This document shows, piece after piece, positions 8,839-19,988 of a stretch of DNA of 64,000 nucleotides (its first letter is position 1; every line of letters starts with the position of its first letter). Source of the stretch: an uncultured Alphaproteobacteria bacterium (GTDB lineage Bacteria; Pseudomonadota; Alphaproteobacteria; CAAHEQ01; UBA3637); the NCBI GenBank assembly GCA_934203105.1, contig CAKPYQ010000002.1, positions 8,277-72,276 of the forward strand, in the 5' to 3' direction. The notes under the pieces are model-generated. The model ran no database searches. It was not told the DNA's origin and was given only the letters and a program-made list of their open reading frames with translations. The translations under genes were made by a program, and so were the position numbers.

Positions 8839-9726
8839 ATGAGACAAGATTTTACAGTACTTACGGAACTATGTAAAGAAAAAAATATTCCTTTTCGTAT
8901 TATTCACGACAGCGGAAATATTGTAGAAATCAAATCAAATACCGGAGCCGCTTACTTATTTATAATGGGAGCAACTCCTTTTGATTCGAATTCCGTTGTT
9001 TCTTTGTGTAAAGATAAAGAATTTTTCTATAATTACTATAAAAATGCCGTTGATATGCCCAAAACAAAAGGCTTTTTAAACCCAAACTGCGCACAAGAAT
9101 GGAAAAACTATTTAAAGTTTTCGAGTATGGAGGAAGTTATAAAGGATAGCGAAAAAAATTTTTCCTATCCTTTTATTGCAAAAATGAACAAAGGATCGCA
9201 AGGAAAATGCGTTTTTAAAGTTCATAACAGAGACGAGTTCACAACGGCTTTAAACGAAATTTATAAAGAAGACTATGTTGCTCTTTTGCAAGATTGCATT
9301 GATATCAAAAGCGAATACAGAGTTATTTATTTGAACAAAAAATTGATGTTTGCTTATAAGAAAAATAATGAACATGCAGTTTTTACGGGCAACCTCAGTC
9401 CTTTGCATTTTGAAGGTGCGTTTGCTGAAATTGTCGAGAACCAGAATTTGTTAAATGCGTTTGATAAGTTTGTTCAGCCGATGTTAAAGCAAAAAGATAT
9501 TCCTTATTGTGGTTTGGATATTGTTTTGGATAAGGATAATAAAATGTGGTTGATCGAGGGAAATTGTTCCCCCGGTTTTGGTTATTTGCTTCAAAATCCG
9601 AAAGGAGAGTCTTTACTGAAAGGTCTTTATACAGAAATGTTTAAGACTTTGGGTGTATTGCCTCAAAATGAATATAGCTATTTATTAGATTTTTGGCAGA
9701 AAAATAATCAAAATGTCAGGTGTTAA
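8839..9726 (+). CDS. ATP-grasp domain protein (RimK/glutathione synthetase-like ligase of unknown substrate)
   Basis: The likely start is MRQDF, with a GGAGGG ribosome-binding site. The track ORF begins further upstream. The ATP-grasp signatures are KGSQGKCVFKV, the E/D-rich loop and CGLDIVLDKDNKMWLIEGNCSPGF. The segment has lower GC than its neighbours. Confidence 0.6.
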   Translation: MRQDFTVLTELCKEKNIPFRIIHDSGNIVEIKSNTGAAYLFIMGATPFDSNSVVSLCKDKEFFYNYYKNAVDMPKTKGFLNPNCAQEWKNYLKFSSMEEVIKDSEKNFSYPFIAKMNKGSQGKCVFKVHNRDEFTTALNEIYKEDYVALLQDCIDIKSEYRVIYLNKKLMFAYKKNNEHAVFTGNLSPLHFEGAFAEIVENQNLLNAFDKFVQPMLKQKDIPYCGLDIVLDKDNKMWLIEGNCSPGFGYLLQNPKGESLLKGLYTEMFKTLGVLPQNEYSYLLDFWQKNNQNVRC

Positions 9727-9778
9727 GCTTGAAACAGCGTGAAAAAAATAAAGGGCGGAAATTTCCGTCCTTTGTTTA

Positions 9779-9853
9779 TGGTGGGTGTAACTGGGTTCGA
9801 ACCAGTGGCCCCTACGATGTGAACGTAGTGCTCTACCGCTGAGCTATACACCC
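9779..9853 (-). tRNA. tRNA-Val (anticodon CAC)
   Basis: The reverse complement folds as a cloverleaf: GGGTGTA acceptor, GCTC/GAGC D-stem, CTACG-TTCACAT-CGTAG anticodon arm, ACTGG-TTCGAAC-CCAGT T-arm and an encoded CCA. Confidence 0.85.
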
Positions 9854-9901
9854 AAAAGCGTTTTCATTTATATTCTTTTTAATTGCGCTTGTCAATAGCC
9901 A

Positions 9902-9931
9902 AATGAATTATTTTTCATTTTTTTGCAAAAT
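9902..9931. repeat. 30-bp direct repeat, copy 1 (a duplicate of the 3' end of the Sel1 gene at 10744)
   Basis: The sequence aatgaattatttttcatttttttgcaaaat is identical to 10738-10767. Confidence 0.8.
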
Positions 9932-10168
9932 ATGCACCGAAAACAAAAATCTATTTTTCTCCGAATTTAATAGATATTGCATATTTAAATGCTGATATTA
10001 ATCATCCTACATTAAAATACTTTACATCATCCGAAAAATGGAGAATTTCGTTAATTTGAGGATGCAACATTGGTTTTCCCCCCCATTTTTTGTTGCCTTT
10101 TTTATATTTTTCTATATACTAGAAGTTAATGGTATATGACTATAAACTACATGTCAAGGAGATTATTT

Positions 10169-10603
10169 ATGGAAAGATTTAAGTGTCCTATTGGCGTCTT
10201 TTTGCTTTTAAAGAAAGATGATAAATTGTATTTACAATTAAGAAAAAATTGTTCTTTTGAAGGAATGTATGGAGCAATAGGAGGACATGTGGATGGTGGA
10301 GAAACTATTGCTGCTGCTGTTATAAGGGAAGCAAAAGAAGAAGTTGGCATTGAAATATCTGACAAGGATTTACACGTAGCAACAATATGTCATTCTAATG
10401 CAGGGGGTAAAGAATATATGCAGTTTTTCTTTACTTGTGAAAAGTGGAATGGGATAGTAGAAAATAAAGAACTAGATAAATGTGAGCAAATAGATTTGTA
10501 CGATATAAATAACCTTCCACAAAATGTGGTTCCTTATCTAAAAGGGGCTATTGAAAAAATCAATTCAGGAGAGATCTTTTTTGAAGATGGCTTTGACAAA
10601 TGA
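10169..10603 (+). CDS. Nudix hydrolase
   Basis: The Nudix box is GGHVDGGETIAAAVIREAKEEVGIE. An AAGGAG ribosome-binding site lies before the ATG at 10169. GC is very low (about 30%). Confidence 0.7.
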   Translation: MERFKCPIGVFLLLKKDDKLYLQLRKNCSFEGMYGAIGGHVDGGETIAAAVIREAKEEVGIEISDKDLHVATICHSNAGGKEYMQFFFTCEKWNGIVENKELDKCEQIDLYDINNLPQNVVPYLKGAIEKINSGEIFFEDGFDK

Positions 10604-10683
10604 TTATAATTATAACGGGTAAGGCAGGAGCAGGAAAGACAACATTGCGAAAACTTTTGTTAGAAAAATTCACTTATTTTTGA
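10600..10683 (+). pseudogene. Truncated remnant of a P-loop NTPase/kinase gene. Only the 27 N-terminal codons remain.
   Basis: It encodes MIIIITGKAGAGKTTLRKLLLEKFTYF*, a Walker A motif followed by an early stop. It overlaps the Nudix stop codon. Confidence 0.45.
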
Positions 10684-10737
10684 TGTTTTGTGTACCCCCT
10701 AAAATGGCGGATTTTGGTCAAAAAAAGTCCTTTATTC

Positions 10738-10767
10738 AATGAATTATTTTTCATTTTTTTGCAAAAT
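10738..10767. repeat. 30-bp direct repeat, copy 2 (the authentic 3' end of the Sel1 gene)
   Basis: Identical to 9902-9931. Confidence 0.8.
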
Positions 10768-11454
10768 TGGTTGCAATTCATTGACTTTTTTTGCCCCTTC
10801 CATCAATTGCGGCATCGTCATTTGTCCGGCTACTTCTTTAATGGCCTTTAATAAATCGTCTTGGCTGGCTTTCATCGCGGGGTGATTATAGGATAAAGTC
10901 AACCATACATACGCACACGTAAAGTTTTCTTGTGTGACGCAAAATTCCGCCATTTCTAACATAGCTTCCGGATCAGCAGCCAATGCCCGCAATTCAGTTT
11001 CTTTAATCGTATTTTCTTTATCTTGAACGGCTTTGATTTTGGCGATTTTATCCTCTGCTTCGTCCTTTAATTTTTCATCGTCGCTTGACAAAACTTTTTC
11101 ATAATAAGCAATGGCTTTATCGGCTGATATTTCCGTTCCGCGCCCGTTGGCGTACATATTCGCTACCGCCATTTGTGATAAAGGATTCTTTTCGGCCGAC
11201 TTTAAATATAATTCAAAAGCTTTCTTTTCGTCTTTTTCAACGGCTTTACCTTCCTCATACATCGATGCGGCTAAATACATTGCAACGCTGTTGCCTTTTT
11301 CAATCAACGGCTCTAATAACCCGACAGACGCCGCAGATTGAATGTTCAACATTTCCATTTGCGGGGCAATTTCTTGATAATCTTCCTGTAACGTGGAACA
11401 AAATGCGCCCGATGCACACAAACAAAGCGATAATGCAATATATGATATTTTCAT
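10744..11454 (-). CDS. Sel1-like repeat protein with signal peptide
   Basis: The signal peptide is MKISYIALSLCLCASGAFC. Sel1 units follow (AASMYEEGKAVEKDEKKAFELYLKSAE, MAVANMYANGRGTEISADKAIAYYEK). Confidence 0.7.
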   Translation of the reverse strand: MKISYIALSLCLCASGAFCSTLQEDYQEIAPQMEMLNIQSAASVGLLEPLIEKGNSVAMYLAASMYEEGKAVEKDEKKAFELYLKSAEKNPLSQMAVANMYANGRGTEISADKAIAYYEKVLSSDDEKLKDEAEDKIAKIKAVQDKENTIKETELRALAADPEAMLEMAEFCVTQENFTCAYVWLTLSYNHPAMKASQDDLLKAIKEVAGQMTMPQLMEGAKKVNELQPILQKNEK

Positions 11455-11641
11455 TTTAAACAGACTCCTTTTTTAAGTTCTATTTTTAAACGAAGCGGTA
11501 AAAAATGTCAATAAATAAAAAAAATATATTATTTTTTGATGTTTTGACTTGACGAAAGTTTATTTTCATACTATCTGAATAAACACAAAGCCTTTCGTAT
11601 AGGGCTTTAAAGGATTTTTAAAAAACAGAAAGGAAAAGAAA

Positions 11642-11932
11642 ATGAAATTTAAACCTTTATTGGACAGAGTTGTTATTCGTCGTATCGAAGAAGAAAAAAA
11701 GACGGCCGGCGGATTGATCATTCCGGATACGGCAAAGGAAAAGCCGTCGCAAGGTATTGTGATTGCCGTAGGGCCGGGTGGTCGTGATGACGAAGGCAAG
11801 CCGGTAACAATGACTTTAAAGGAAGGTGATCGCGTTTTGTTCGGCAAATGGTCGGGAACGGAAATCAAGCTGGACGGCGAAGAATTGTTGATTATGCGTG
11901 AAGCTGATATCTTGGGTATTATTGAAGTTTAA
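11642..11932 (+). CDS. groES: Co-chaperonin GroES
   Basis: [35 protein letters not shown]... Confidence 0.95.
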   Translation: MKFKPLLDRVVIRRIEEEKKTAGGLIIPDTAKEKPSQGIVIAVGPGGRDDEGKPVTMTLKEGDRVLFGKWSGTEIKLDGEELLIMREADILGIIEV

Positions 11933-11938
11933 TCGTAA

Positions 11939-13606
<1,668 letters not shown>

Positions 13607-13635
13607 TTAGCCGGTAAGTTTTAAAAAGCTTTAAA

Positions 13636-13668
13636 AAGCGCTCTTGTTTTGGCAAGGGCGCTTTTTTT
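13636..13668 (+). terminator. Rho-independent terminator after groEL
   Basis: The stem aagcgctcttg pairs with caagggcgctt, followed by a T7 run. Confidence 0.6.
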
Positions 13669-13693
13669 ATGTGTCGGCAAAAGTTGTGCCGTT

Positions 13694-15244
13694 TTATTTA
13701 TCGCTTTTCTTATGCTCTGATGACGATACAGGCAAAACAGGATCGTCCGATAAAGCGTTTTTCTTTATGGCTTTTTCCTGTTCTAATTTTTCTTTATACC
13801 GTTTGCGGGATAAAAATAAGAATATCTTTTGCGGCAAAGGGCTGATGCTTTCGTAAAACAAGGACAAGAAAGATGATACAACAACGCGTTCGTTGACTTG
13901 GCCTTCTTCATTGACTTTGCGTAAAAACAGCAATGACAGTAATGCTAAAACCGTTGCAAATAAAAAGAAAAAGCTCCAATGCGAAATTTGTAATAAAAAG
14001 ACTTCTTTGATGTCGTTATTGCTGACCCACCGGATTAAAAATGACAGTTGCTTGTCGGCAAAATAGTCCGCAAATAAGCCGCCCAAAATCGGCGCTGTTC
14101 CGGCCATTAAAGCGTTGACAGTACCGTTGACGGACAGGTAGATAGCGGCGTTTCCTTTGGGCGCCAGCTTTAACGCGATGTTATTTGACGCCAATGTGAT
14201 GCCGGCTTGGGCTATGCCCATCAGCGTATAAATCAAAACCAACAAAGGAATGGTATACGAATGCTTGCTGGGAAAACCCGTGAAGATAAACAAAAAAATG
14301 CACAAAATGTACAACGGACCGGATACCATTAAGATGGATTTATTGTTAAAAGTGTCGCTGATTTTTCCCCAAGAGCGCATAACAAGCACATTAACGACTT
14401 GCGTTAAGGTAGTCAAAACCAAAACCAAGCTCATATCCAGTTTTAACGTTTTTAATAAAACGACCGTGAAAAATGGAACGGCCAAGTTAATTGAAAAGTT
14501 CCAAGAGCTTAAAAACATTACTAAATGCGTAAAGTTACGGTCTTTAAAGACTTTAAAGATGCGTTTGAGAAAGGCTTCGTCAGAGGTTGGCTTTTCCATT
14601 GGCGGTTCGCCGATTTTATAGTAAACGTATATGGTATAGACGCCGACCAAGAAAGCAATGAAGAAAACCAAAGCATAAAACTTATTTGTCGAAAACGGCC
14701 AAAATTTCAAAGCCAGCGCAATCGTCATCGTTGTCAATAATGCCGTGGCCATACTATAAGCTAAACGTTTTGAAAAGAATGCCCCCAATATTTGCGGCGG
14801 GATCAAATCTTTCATCCATGAATTCCACGCACTGCCGGCCATTGACGAGCCGACATATCGCAACGTATAGCAAACGGCTAAAATGCCGGCAGCCATCGGC
14901 ATATCTGGGGCTAATGCCGAAATAGCAATTCCCAAAATGCACAATCGTCCGAACGATGAAATGTAAAAGCATATAGCGCGTCGGTTTCGATATTTTTCGG
15001 TCAGCCAAGCTCCCGGAAATTGCGCCAAGTTCGCCAAGGCAGACAAAGCTACCAAATACCCGATCAGAGCGTTTGAAGCATTCATCATCAATGCAACAGC
15101 AATTAAGATCGGGCCGGATATCAGGCTTTCGAACAATTGAGCAAAAATGCCGTCTTGCAAAACCCAAAACAAGCTGCGTTTGACTTGTTCTTCCGATAAA
15201 GGCTTGGGTGTGATTTGTTGTTTTATATAGCTGATAATACTCAT
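13694..15244 (-). CDS. MFS-type transporter (12-14 transmembrane segments)
   Basis: The protein is hydrophobic throughout with many predicted helices and a Lys-rich C-terminal tail. Substrate unknown. Confidence 0.6.
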   Translation of the reverse strand: MSIISYIKQQITPKPLSEEQVKRSLFWVLQDGIFAQLFESLISGPILIAVALMMNASNALIGYLVALSALANLAQFPGAWLTEKYRNRRAICFYISSFGRLCILGIAISALAPDMPMAAGILAVCYTLRYVGSSMAGSAWNSWMKDLIPPQILGAFFSKRLAYSMATALLTTMTIALALKFWPFSTNKFYALVFFIAFLVGVYTIYVYYKIGEPPMEKPTSDEAFLKRIFKVFKDRNFTHLVMFLSSWNFSINLAVPFFTVVLLKTLKLDMSLVLVLTTLTQVVNVLVMRSWGKISDTFNNKSILMVSGPLYILCIFLFIFTGFPSKHSYTIPLLVLIYTLMGIAQAGITLASNNIALKLAPKGNAAIYLSVNGTVNALMAGTAPILGGLFADYFADKQLSFLIRWVSNNDIKEVFLLQISHWSFFFLFATVLALLSLLFLRKVNEEGQVNERVVVSSFLSLFYESISPLPQKIFLFLSRKRYKEKLEQEKAIKKNALSDDPVLPVSSSEHKKSDK

Positions 15245-15356
15245 TTTCCACCTTTATATAAATGTATTTAATGACCAGTATAGAATCTTTTTATGAAAAA
15301 ACAAGAAAAAAAGGCTTGCTTTTTTGTAAAAAATGATTAGAATGCATAATCGTTAA

Positions 15357-15433
15357 GGGTCTGTAGCTCAGTTGGTTAGAGCGGGGCGCTCATAACGCCT
15401 TGGTCGGGGGTTCGAGTCCCTCCGGACCTACCA
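15357..15433 (+). tRNA. tRNA with anticodon CAU (Met, or Ile2 if C34 is modified to lysidine). The TTGGTC variable region favours the Ile2 type.
   Basis: The sequence is GGGTCTGTAGCTCAGTTGGTTAGAGCGGGGCGCTCATAACGCCTTGGTCGGGGGTTCGAGTCCCTCCGGACCTACCA. An upstream promoter is CTTGCT..TAGAAT at 15315-15343. The downstream hairpin aagccgaag/ctttggctt is followed by a T-run. Confidence 0.85.
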
Positions 15434-15675
15434 TAAAATTTTGTCCCACAGGGGCGCTATAAAAAAAGCCGAAGTTTATTGCTTTGGCTTTTTCTTTTTT
15501 TATGGGACTCGAATCCCGAGGGGTTCTACAATTGCGCCTAAATTGTTTTTTCCATAATTTTATCCTTTCGGGATCAAAATTTTACTTTAAAAAAATCTCC
15601 ATTCAAGATTTTTTTCTTTTCATCTTGCAAAATATGGAATATATTCCTATGTATAAAGGTAAAGAGAGGAAAACT

Positions 15676-18177
15676 ATGAATAACGAAAAATTAACAGACA
15701 GAAGTCAAGGTTTTATACAATCGGCTCAATCATTGGCAGTGCGTCATTCGAACCAATTTTTGATGCCCGAGCATTTGTTAAAAGTGATGTTGGACGATAA
15801 AGAAGGTATGGCATCTTCTTTGTTGGCGCAGGCCGGCGCAAATGTTGATTTTGTGCGGGCAGAAGTTAATGATGATGTTGATAAATTGCCACAAGTGCAG
15901 GGCAATTCTGTGCAGGTTTCGGCATCTCAAAGCTTTATGAAAGTGTTGGATTTGGCCGAACAAATGGCGGACAAGGCCAAAGATTCTTATGTGACGGTCG
16001 AACGGTTATTGCAAGCATTGCTTTCAATAAAATCGTATGGCGTTGACGTGCATAAATTAAATCAAGTTATCAATAATATGCGACAAGGACGTACTGCTGA
16101 AAGTCCCACGGCCGAAGACAGTTTCGATGCTTTGAAAAAATACGCAACGGATTATACCGAGCGCGCAAAACAAGGCAAGCTTGATCCCGTCATCGGACGA
16201 GATGAAGAGATTCGTCATACAATACAAGTTTTATCCAGACGAACCAAAAACAACCCGATTTTAATCGGTGAACCGGGTGTCGGTAAGACCGCGATTGTTG
16301 AAGGTTTGGCTTTGCGTATCATCAACGGCGATGTTCCGGAAAGCTTGGCGCATAAGCGTTTAATGGCGTTGGATATGGGGGCTTTGATTGCGGGGGCTAA
16401 ATATCGCGGTGAGTTTGAAGAACGTTTAAAAGCGGTGTTGCAAGAAGTGGAAGCCGCTAACGGTCAAATCATTTTGTTTATTGATGAAATGCATACGGTC
16501 GTCGGTGCGGGAGCTACATCAGGATCGATGGACGCATCGAACTTGTTAAAGCCGGCTTTGGCGCGCGGTGAATTGCATTGTATCGGCGCCACAACGTTAA
16601 AGGAATATCAAAAGTATATCGAAAAAGATCAAGCTTTTGCGCGGCGTTTCCAACCTGTTTTTGTCGGCGAGCCGGCGGTTGAAGAAACTGTATCTATCTT
16701 GCGCGGGATAAAACAAAAGTATGAATTACATCACGGGGTGCGTATTTCCGATGCGGCGTTGGTAACGGCGGCGGTGATGTCTAACCGATATATCACAGAT
16801 CGTTTTTTGCCCGATAAAGCAATTGATTTGATTGATGAAGCGGCCAGCAAATTGCGTATGGCAATCGATTCAAAGCCGGAGCATTTGGACGAAATCGATC
16901 GGCACTTGATTCAATTGAAAATCGAGCGTGAAGCTTTGAAAAAAGAAACGGATCAAGCGTCCAAAGAACGTTTGGAAAAAATCGAAAAAGATATTCAAAA
17001 ATTGGAAAAACAATCCGCAGAAGAAACGAAACTGTGGAGCGTTAAGAAAAGCAGCATTCAAGAGGCCGGCCATTTGCGTGAAGCTTTGGATAAAGCCAAA
17101 ATCGAAGTGGAGCAGGCGTTGCGTGACGGTCTTTATGAACGTGCGGGCGAATTGCAATATAAAGAGATTCCGGATTTGGAAAAACGCTTAAATGAAATTA
17201 ACGCGCAAAACCAAAATCAAGCCACCGTTGAAACGGTAACGCCGGATATTATTGCCGGAGTTGTTTCCAAATGGACGGGGATTCCGGTGGATAAATTGAT
17301 GAGCAATGAAAAAGAAAAATTGCTGGATATGGAAAAAGCGCTTGCCAGACGCGTTGTCGGACAAGATGAAGCCATTACGGCGGTTGCTAATGCTGTACGG
17401 CGTTCACGTTCAGGATTAAAAGACCCGAATCGTCCGATCGGTTCTTTCTTATTTTTGGGGCCGACCGGCGTCGGTAAAACAGAGCTGGCAAAAGCTTTGG
17501 CAGAATTTTTGTTTGATGAAGAAAGCGCTTATTTGCGTATCGATATGTCCGAATATATGGAAAAGCATTCTGTGGCGCGATTAATCGGTGCGCCTCCGGG
17601 ATATGTAGGCTATGACGAAGGCGGCGTGTTGACGGAAGCTGTGCGTCGTCGGCCGTACCAAGTTATTTTGTTTGATGAAGTCGAAAAAGCGCATCCTGAT
17701 GTCTTTAACATATTGTTGCAGGTTTTGGACGACGGCCGTTTGACCGACGGGCAAGGGCGTACTGTTGATTTTAAAAATACGTTTTTGATTATGACTTCAA
17801 ACTTGGTTACAGGAGAAAAGCAAGAAGATGTGATGGCTTCTTTAAAAGCTTTCTTCCGTCCGGAATTTATCAACCGGTTGGACGAGATTATTGTTTTCCA
17901 CCCGTTGAAGAAAGAACACATCAGATCGATTGTTGATATTCAATTAAAACGTTTACAAGATCGTTTGTCCGATCGTCATATCGAATTACAGTTGGACGAT
18001 AAAGCCAAAGATTGGTTGGCCGAAAACGGATATGATGAAAACTTCGGTGCGCGTCCTTTGAAACGCTTAATCCAACAAGAAGTCGAAAATCCGTTGGCGA
18101 TAAAATTGTTAAACGGGGATATCAAAGATAATTCGGTTGTCAAAATATCCGCAAATAAAGATAAGTTGATAATTTAA
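15676..18177 (+). CDS. clpB: Chaperone ClpB (AAA+ disaggregase)
   Basis: The start is [11 protein letters not shown], with a GAGAGGAAAA ribosome-binding site. Two NBDs are present ([15 protein letters not shown] and [15 protein letters not shown]) with a middle coiled-coil. The track ORF starts upstream and overlaps the tRNA terminator. Confidence 0.9.
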   Translation: MNNEKLTDRSQGFIQSAQSLAVRHSNQFLMPEHLLKVMLDDKEGMASSLLAQAGANVDFVRAEVNDDVDKLPQVQGNSVQVSASQSFMKVLDLAEQMADKAKDSYVTVERLLQALLSIKSYGVDVHKLNQVINNMRQGRTAESPTAEDSFDALKKYATDYTERAKQGKLDPVIGRDEEIRHTIQVLSRRTKNNPILIGEPGVGKTAIVEGLALRIINGDVPESLAHKRLMALDMGALIAGAKYRGEFEERLKAVLQEVEAANGQIILFIDEMHTVVGAGATSGSMDASNLLKPALARGELHCIGATTLKEYQKYIEKDQAFARRFQPVFVGEPAVEETVSILRGIKQKYELHHGVRISDAALVTAAVMSNRYITDRFLPDKAIDLIDEAASKLRMAIDSKPEHLDEIDRHLIQLKIEREALKKETDQASKERLEKIEKDIQKLEKQSAEETKLWSVKKSSIQEAGHLREALDKAKIEVEQALRDGLYERAGELQYKEIPDLEKRLNEINAQNQNQATVETVTPDIIAGVVSKWTGIPVDKLMSNEKEKLLDMEKALARRVVGQDEAITAVANAVRRSRSGLKDPNRPIGSFLFLGPTGVGKTELAKALAEFLFDEESAYLRIDMSEYMEKHSVARLIGAPPGYVGYDEGGVLTEAVRRRPYQVILFDEVEKAHPDVFNILLQVLDDGRLTDGQGRTVDFKNTFLIMTSNLVTGEKQEDVMASLKAFFRPEFINRLDEIIVFHPLKKEHIRSIVDIQLKRLQDRLSDRHIELQLDDKAKDWLAENGYDENFGARPLKRLIQQEVENPLAIKLLNGDIKDNSVVKISANKDKLII

Positions 18178-18190
18178 ATTAACTTTAAAA

Positions 18191-18218
18191 GGCAAGTCAT
18201 TAAAAGACTTGCCTTTTT
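18191..18218 (+). terminator. Rho-independent terminator after clpB
   Basis: The stem ggcaagtc-attaaaa-gacttgcc is followed by ttttt. Confidence 0.7.
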
Positions 18219-18255
18219 ATCCGTTCATTAAATGCCGGTCGATAAGTGATCGGCA

Positions 18256-18960
18256 TTATTTATTGTCATCGTATTTTTTCATCAAGTCCATTAACTTAAA
18301 TGAATTTATACCTTTCGGTGATACGATAAAATGATCTTGCATATTGATGTTTAATTTGCGGGTCGTGTCTTGGATTAAGTGCGTCAGGCGAATGTCATCG
18401 GGCGATGGTCGCGTATCTCCCGACGGGTGATTGTGTACCATAATAAAAGACATTGCATGATTTTTAATCAAGACTTCTACAACTTCTCGTATATATACAG
18501 AGGCTTGATCGACAGTCCCCTTTTGCAATTGCACGGCGTCAATAACGCAACACGATGCATCCAATAAAATCAAATAGACATACTCTTTTTTCTCGCGCCC
18601 CAGCAAAGCATAACAATAATTTTCAATGCTTTCCCAAGAGGAGAGCTTTGTTTTGGATTGCATATCTTTCTTTAACAAACGCGTTTGCATATAAAAGACC
18701 GTTTTGATCAGAATTGCCGTATTTTCTTTAATCCCTTTAATTTTCATCAATTCGTCGACGGAAGCCGTTAAAACTTCACCCAAAGAACCGAAATGCAAAA
18801 TTAAAGACTTTGCAAGCGGTTTAACATCAACGCGCGGAATTGCATACGTTAATAACAGCTCTAACAATTCATAGTCAGCCCATGAGCCGGCGTCTGTTTT
18901 GATAAAGCGCTCTTTTATCCGTTGCCGGTGACCTTTTAAAAAGTCTTCATTTTCAGTCAT
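18256..18960 (-). CDS. radC: RadC-family JAB/MPN domain protein
   Basis: The start is MTENEDFLKGHRQRIKERF. It carries the HNHPSGDTRPSPDD JAMM motif. The start lies 1 nt after the map stop codon, so the long track ORF extension is spurious. Confidence 0.8.
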   Translation of the reverse strand: MTENEDFLKGHRQRIKERFIKTDAGSWADYELLELLLTYAIPRVDVKPLAKSLILHFGSLGEVLTASVDELMKIKGIKENTAILIKTVFYMQTRLLKKDMQSKTKLSSWESIENYCYALLGREKKEYVYLILLDASCCVIDAVQLQKGTVDQASVYIREVVEVLIKNHAMSFIMVHNHPSGDTRPSPDDIRLTHLIQDTTRKLNINMQDHFIVSPKGINSFKLMDLMKKYDDNK

Positions 18961-18961
18961 C

Positions 18962-19756
18962 TTACTTTTTTTCTTTGTATGGCGGGAAATCAAATCCTTT
19001 CGGGGATAAAGTAAATATCTCCGGTCCGTTTTTGGTGATGCCGATTGTATGTTCAAATTGTGCGGATAAGCTGCGATCCTTTGTGATTGCCGTCCAGCCG
19101 TCGGACAAGACCAACGTTGCGCCGCCACCAAAGTTAACCATAGGTTCGACCGTAAAAATCATACCTTCTTTGATTTTCATTCCTTCGCCTTTGCGGCCAT
19201 AGTTTAACACATTGGGCAATAAGTGAAAAGCTCTGCCGACCCCATGTCCGCAAAAATCTTCGACGACGGAAAAACGTTCAGCTTTTGCGCATTTTTCAAT
19301 CGCATTGCCGACGTCACCCATTGTGTTACCGATAACGGACGCTTTAATGCCCGCCATCATCGAATCGTACGCGTTTTGAACCAAGCGTTTGGCTTTGACG
19401 GACGGCGTGCCGACAAAGTACATACGGCTGGAATCTCCAAACCACCCGTCCACAATCGGTGTAATATCAATATTGATAATATCGCCGTCATATAACACTT
19501 TTTCGCCGGGGATACCGTGACAAACAATGTGATTGGCCGAAATGCAACTTGCTTTCGGATAACCGCGATATCCTAATGTAGCCGGAATACCGCCGTGATC
19601 GCGCATAAATTCTTCCAATAACTTATCCAGCTGTCCCGTCGTAACGCCCGGAACAACAAACGGAGTAATATAATCCAACGTTTCGGCGGCTAAGCGACCG
19701 GCGCGGCGCATACCGTCAAATTCTTCAACAGAATATAAAGCAACTTCTTTTGACAT
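18962..19756 (-). CDS. map: Methionine aminopeptidase type I
   Basis: The start is MSKEVALYSVEEFDGMRRAGRLAA, with an AAGGAAAGGA ribosome-binding site. The metal ligands D, D, H, E, E lie in conserved context. Confidence 0.9.
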   Translation of the reverse strand: MSKEVALYSVEEFDGMRRAGRLAAETLDYITPFVVPGVTTGQLDKLLEEFMRDHGGIPATLGYRGYPKASCISANHIVCHGIPGEKVLYDGDIINIDITPIVDGWFGDSSRMYFVGTPSVKAKRLVQNAYDSMMAGIKASVIGNTMGDVGNAIEKCAKAERFSVVEDFCGHGVGRAFHLLPNVLNYGRKGEGMKIKEGMIFTVEPMVNFGGGATLVLSDGWTAITKDRSLSAQFEHTIGITKNGPEIFTLSPKGFDFPPYKEKK

Positions 19757-19850
19757 AATTTCCTTTCCTTTTAATGTAAAACAGTATATACTTAAAAAAA
19801 GCAAAAGGGTAGTGTTTTTTATAAAAAAAAGGATAAATTTATGACAAACC

Positions 19851-19949
19851 GACAAAAATTGATTTTAATGATTATTATTTTGTGCGTCATCGGGATTTTT
19901 TTCTTTTCTAATTCTCCGTTGACAAACGTGCGTTAAAGAAAAAAAGCTC
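19851..19949 (+). CDS. Possible small membrane peptide (32 aa, MTNRQKLILMIIILCVIGIFFFSNSPLTNVR)
   Basis: An AAGGATAAA ribosome-binding site sits 7 nt upstream. The peptide has a single hydrophobic helix. It lies between the serS terminator and map. Not in the ORF track (shorter than 60 aa). Speculative. Confidence 0.25.
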
Positions 19950-19975
19950 CGACATCAAAATCGGAGCTTTTAAAA
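19938..19975. terminator. Bidirectional rho-independent terminator (serS on one side)
   Basis: A perfect 8-bp stem agctccga/tcggagct is flanked by an A-run and a T-run. Confidence 0.65.
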
Positions 19976-19988
19976 AAGTTTATTTAAC

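Noticed and set aside
10147-10365. A 72-aa minus-strand ORF overlapping the Nudix gene
   Set aside because: It lies antisense to a gene with a clear Nudix box and a strong ribosome-binding site. It is an AT-rich frame artefact.
15484-15675. The N-terminal extension of the clpB ORF in the track ([15 protein letters not shown]...)
   Set aside because: It overlaps the terminator of the tRNA-CAU gene and lacks a ribosome-binding site. The conserved ClpB N-terminus begins at [11 protein letters not shown] (15676), which has a good ribosome-binding site.
18961-19131. A 57-aa extension of radC that overlaps map (track ORF 18256-19131)
   Set aside because: The extension is out-of-frame read-through into the map C-terminus. 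The conserved RadC start MTENEDF lies 1 nt after the map stop.
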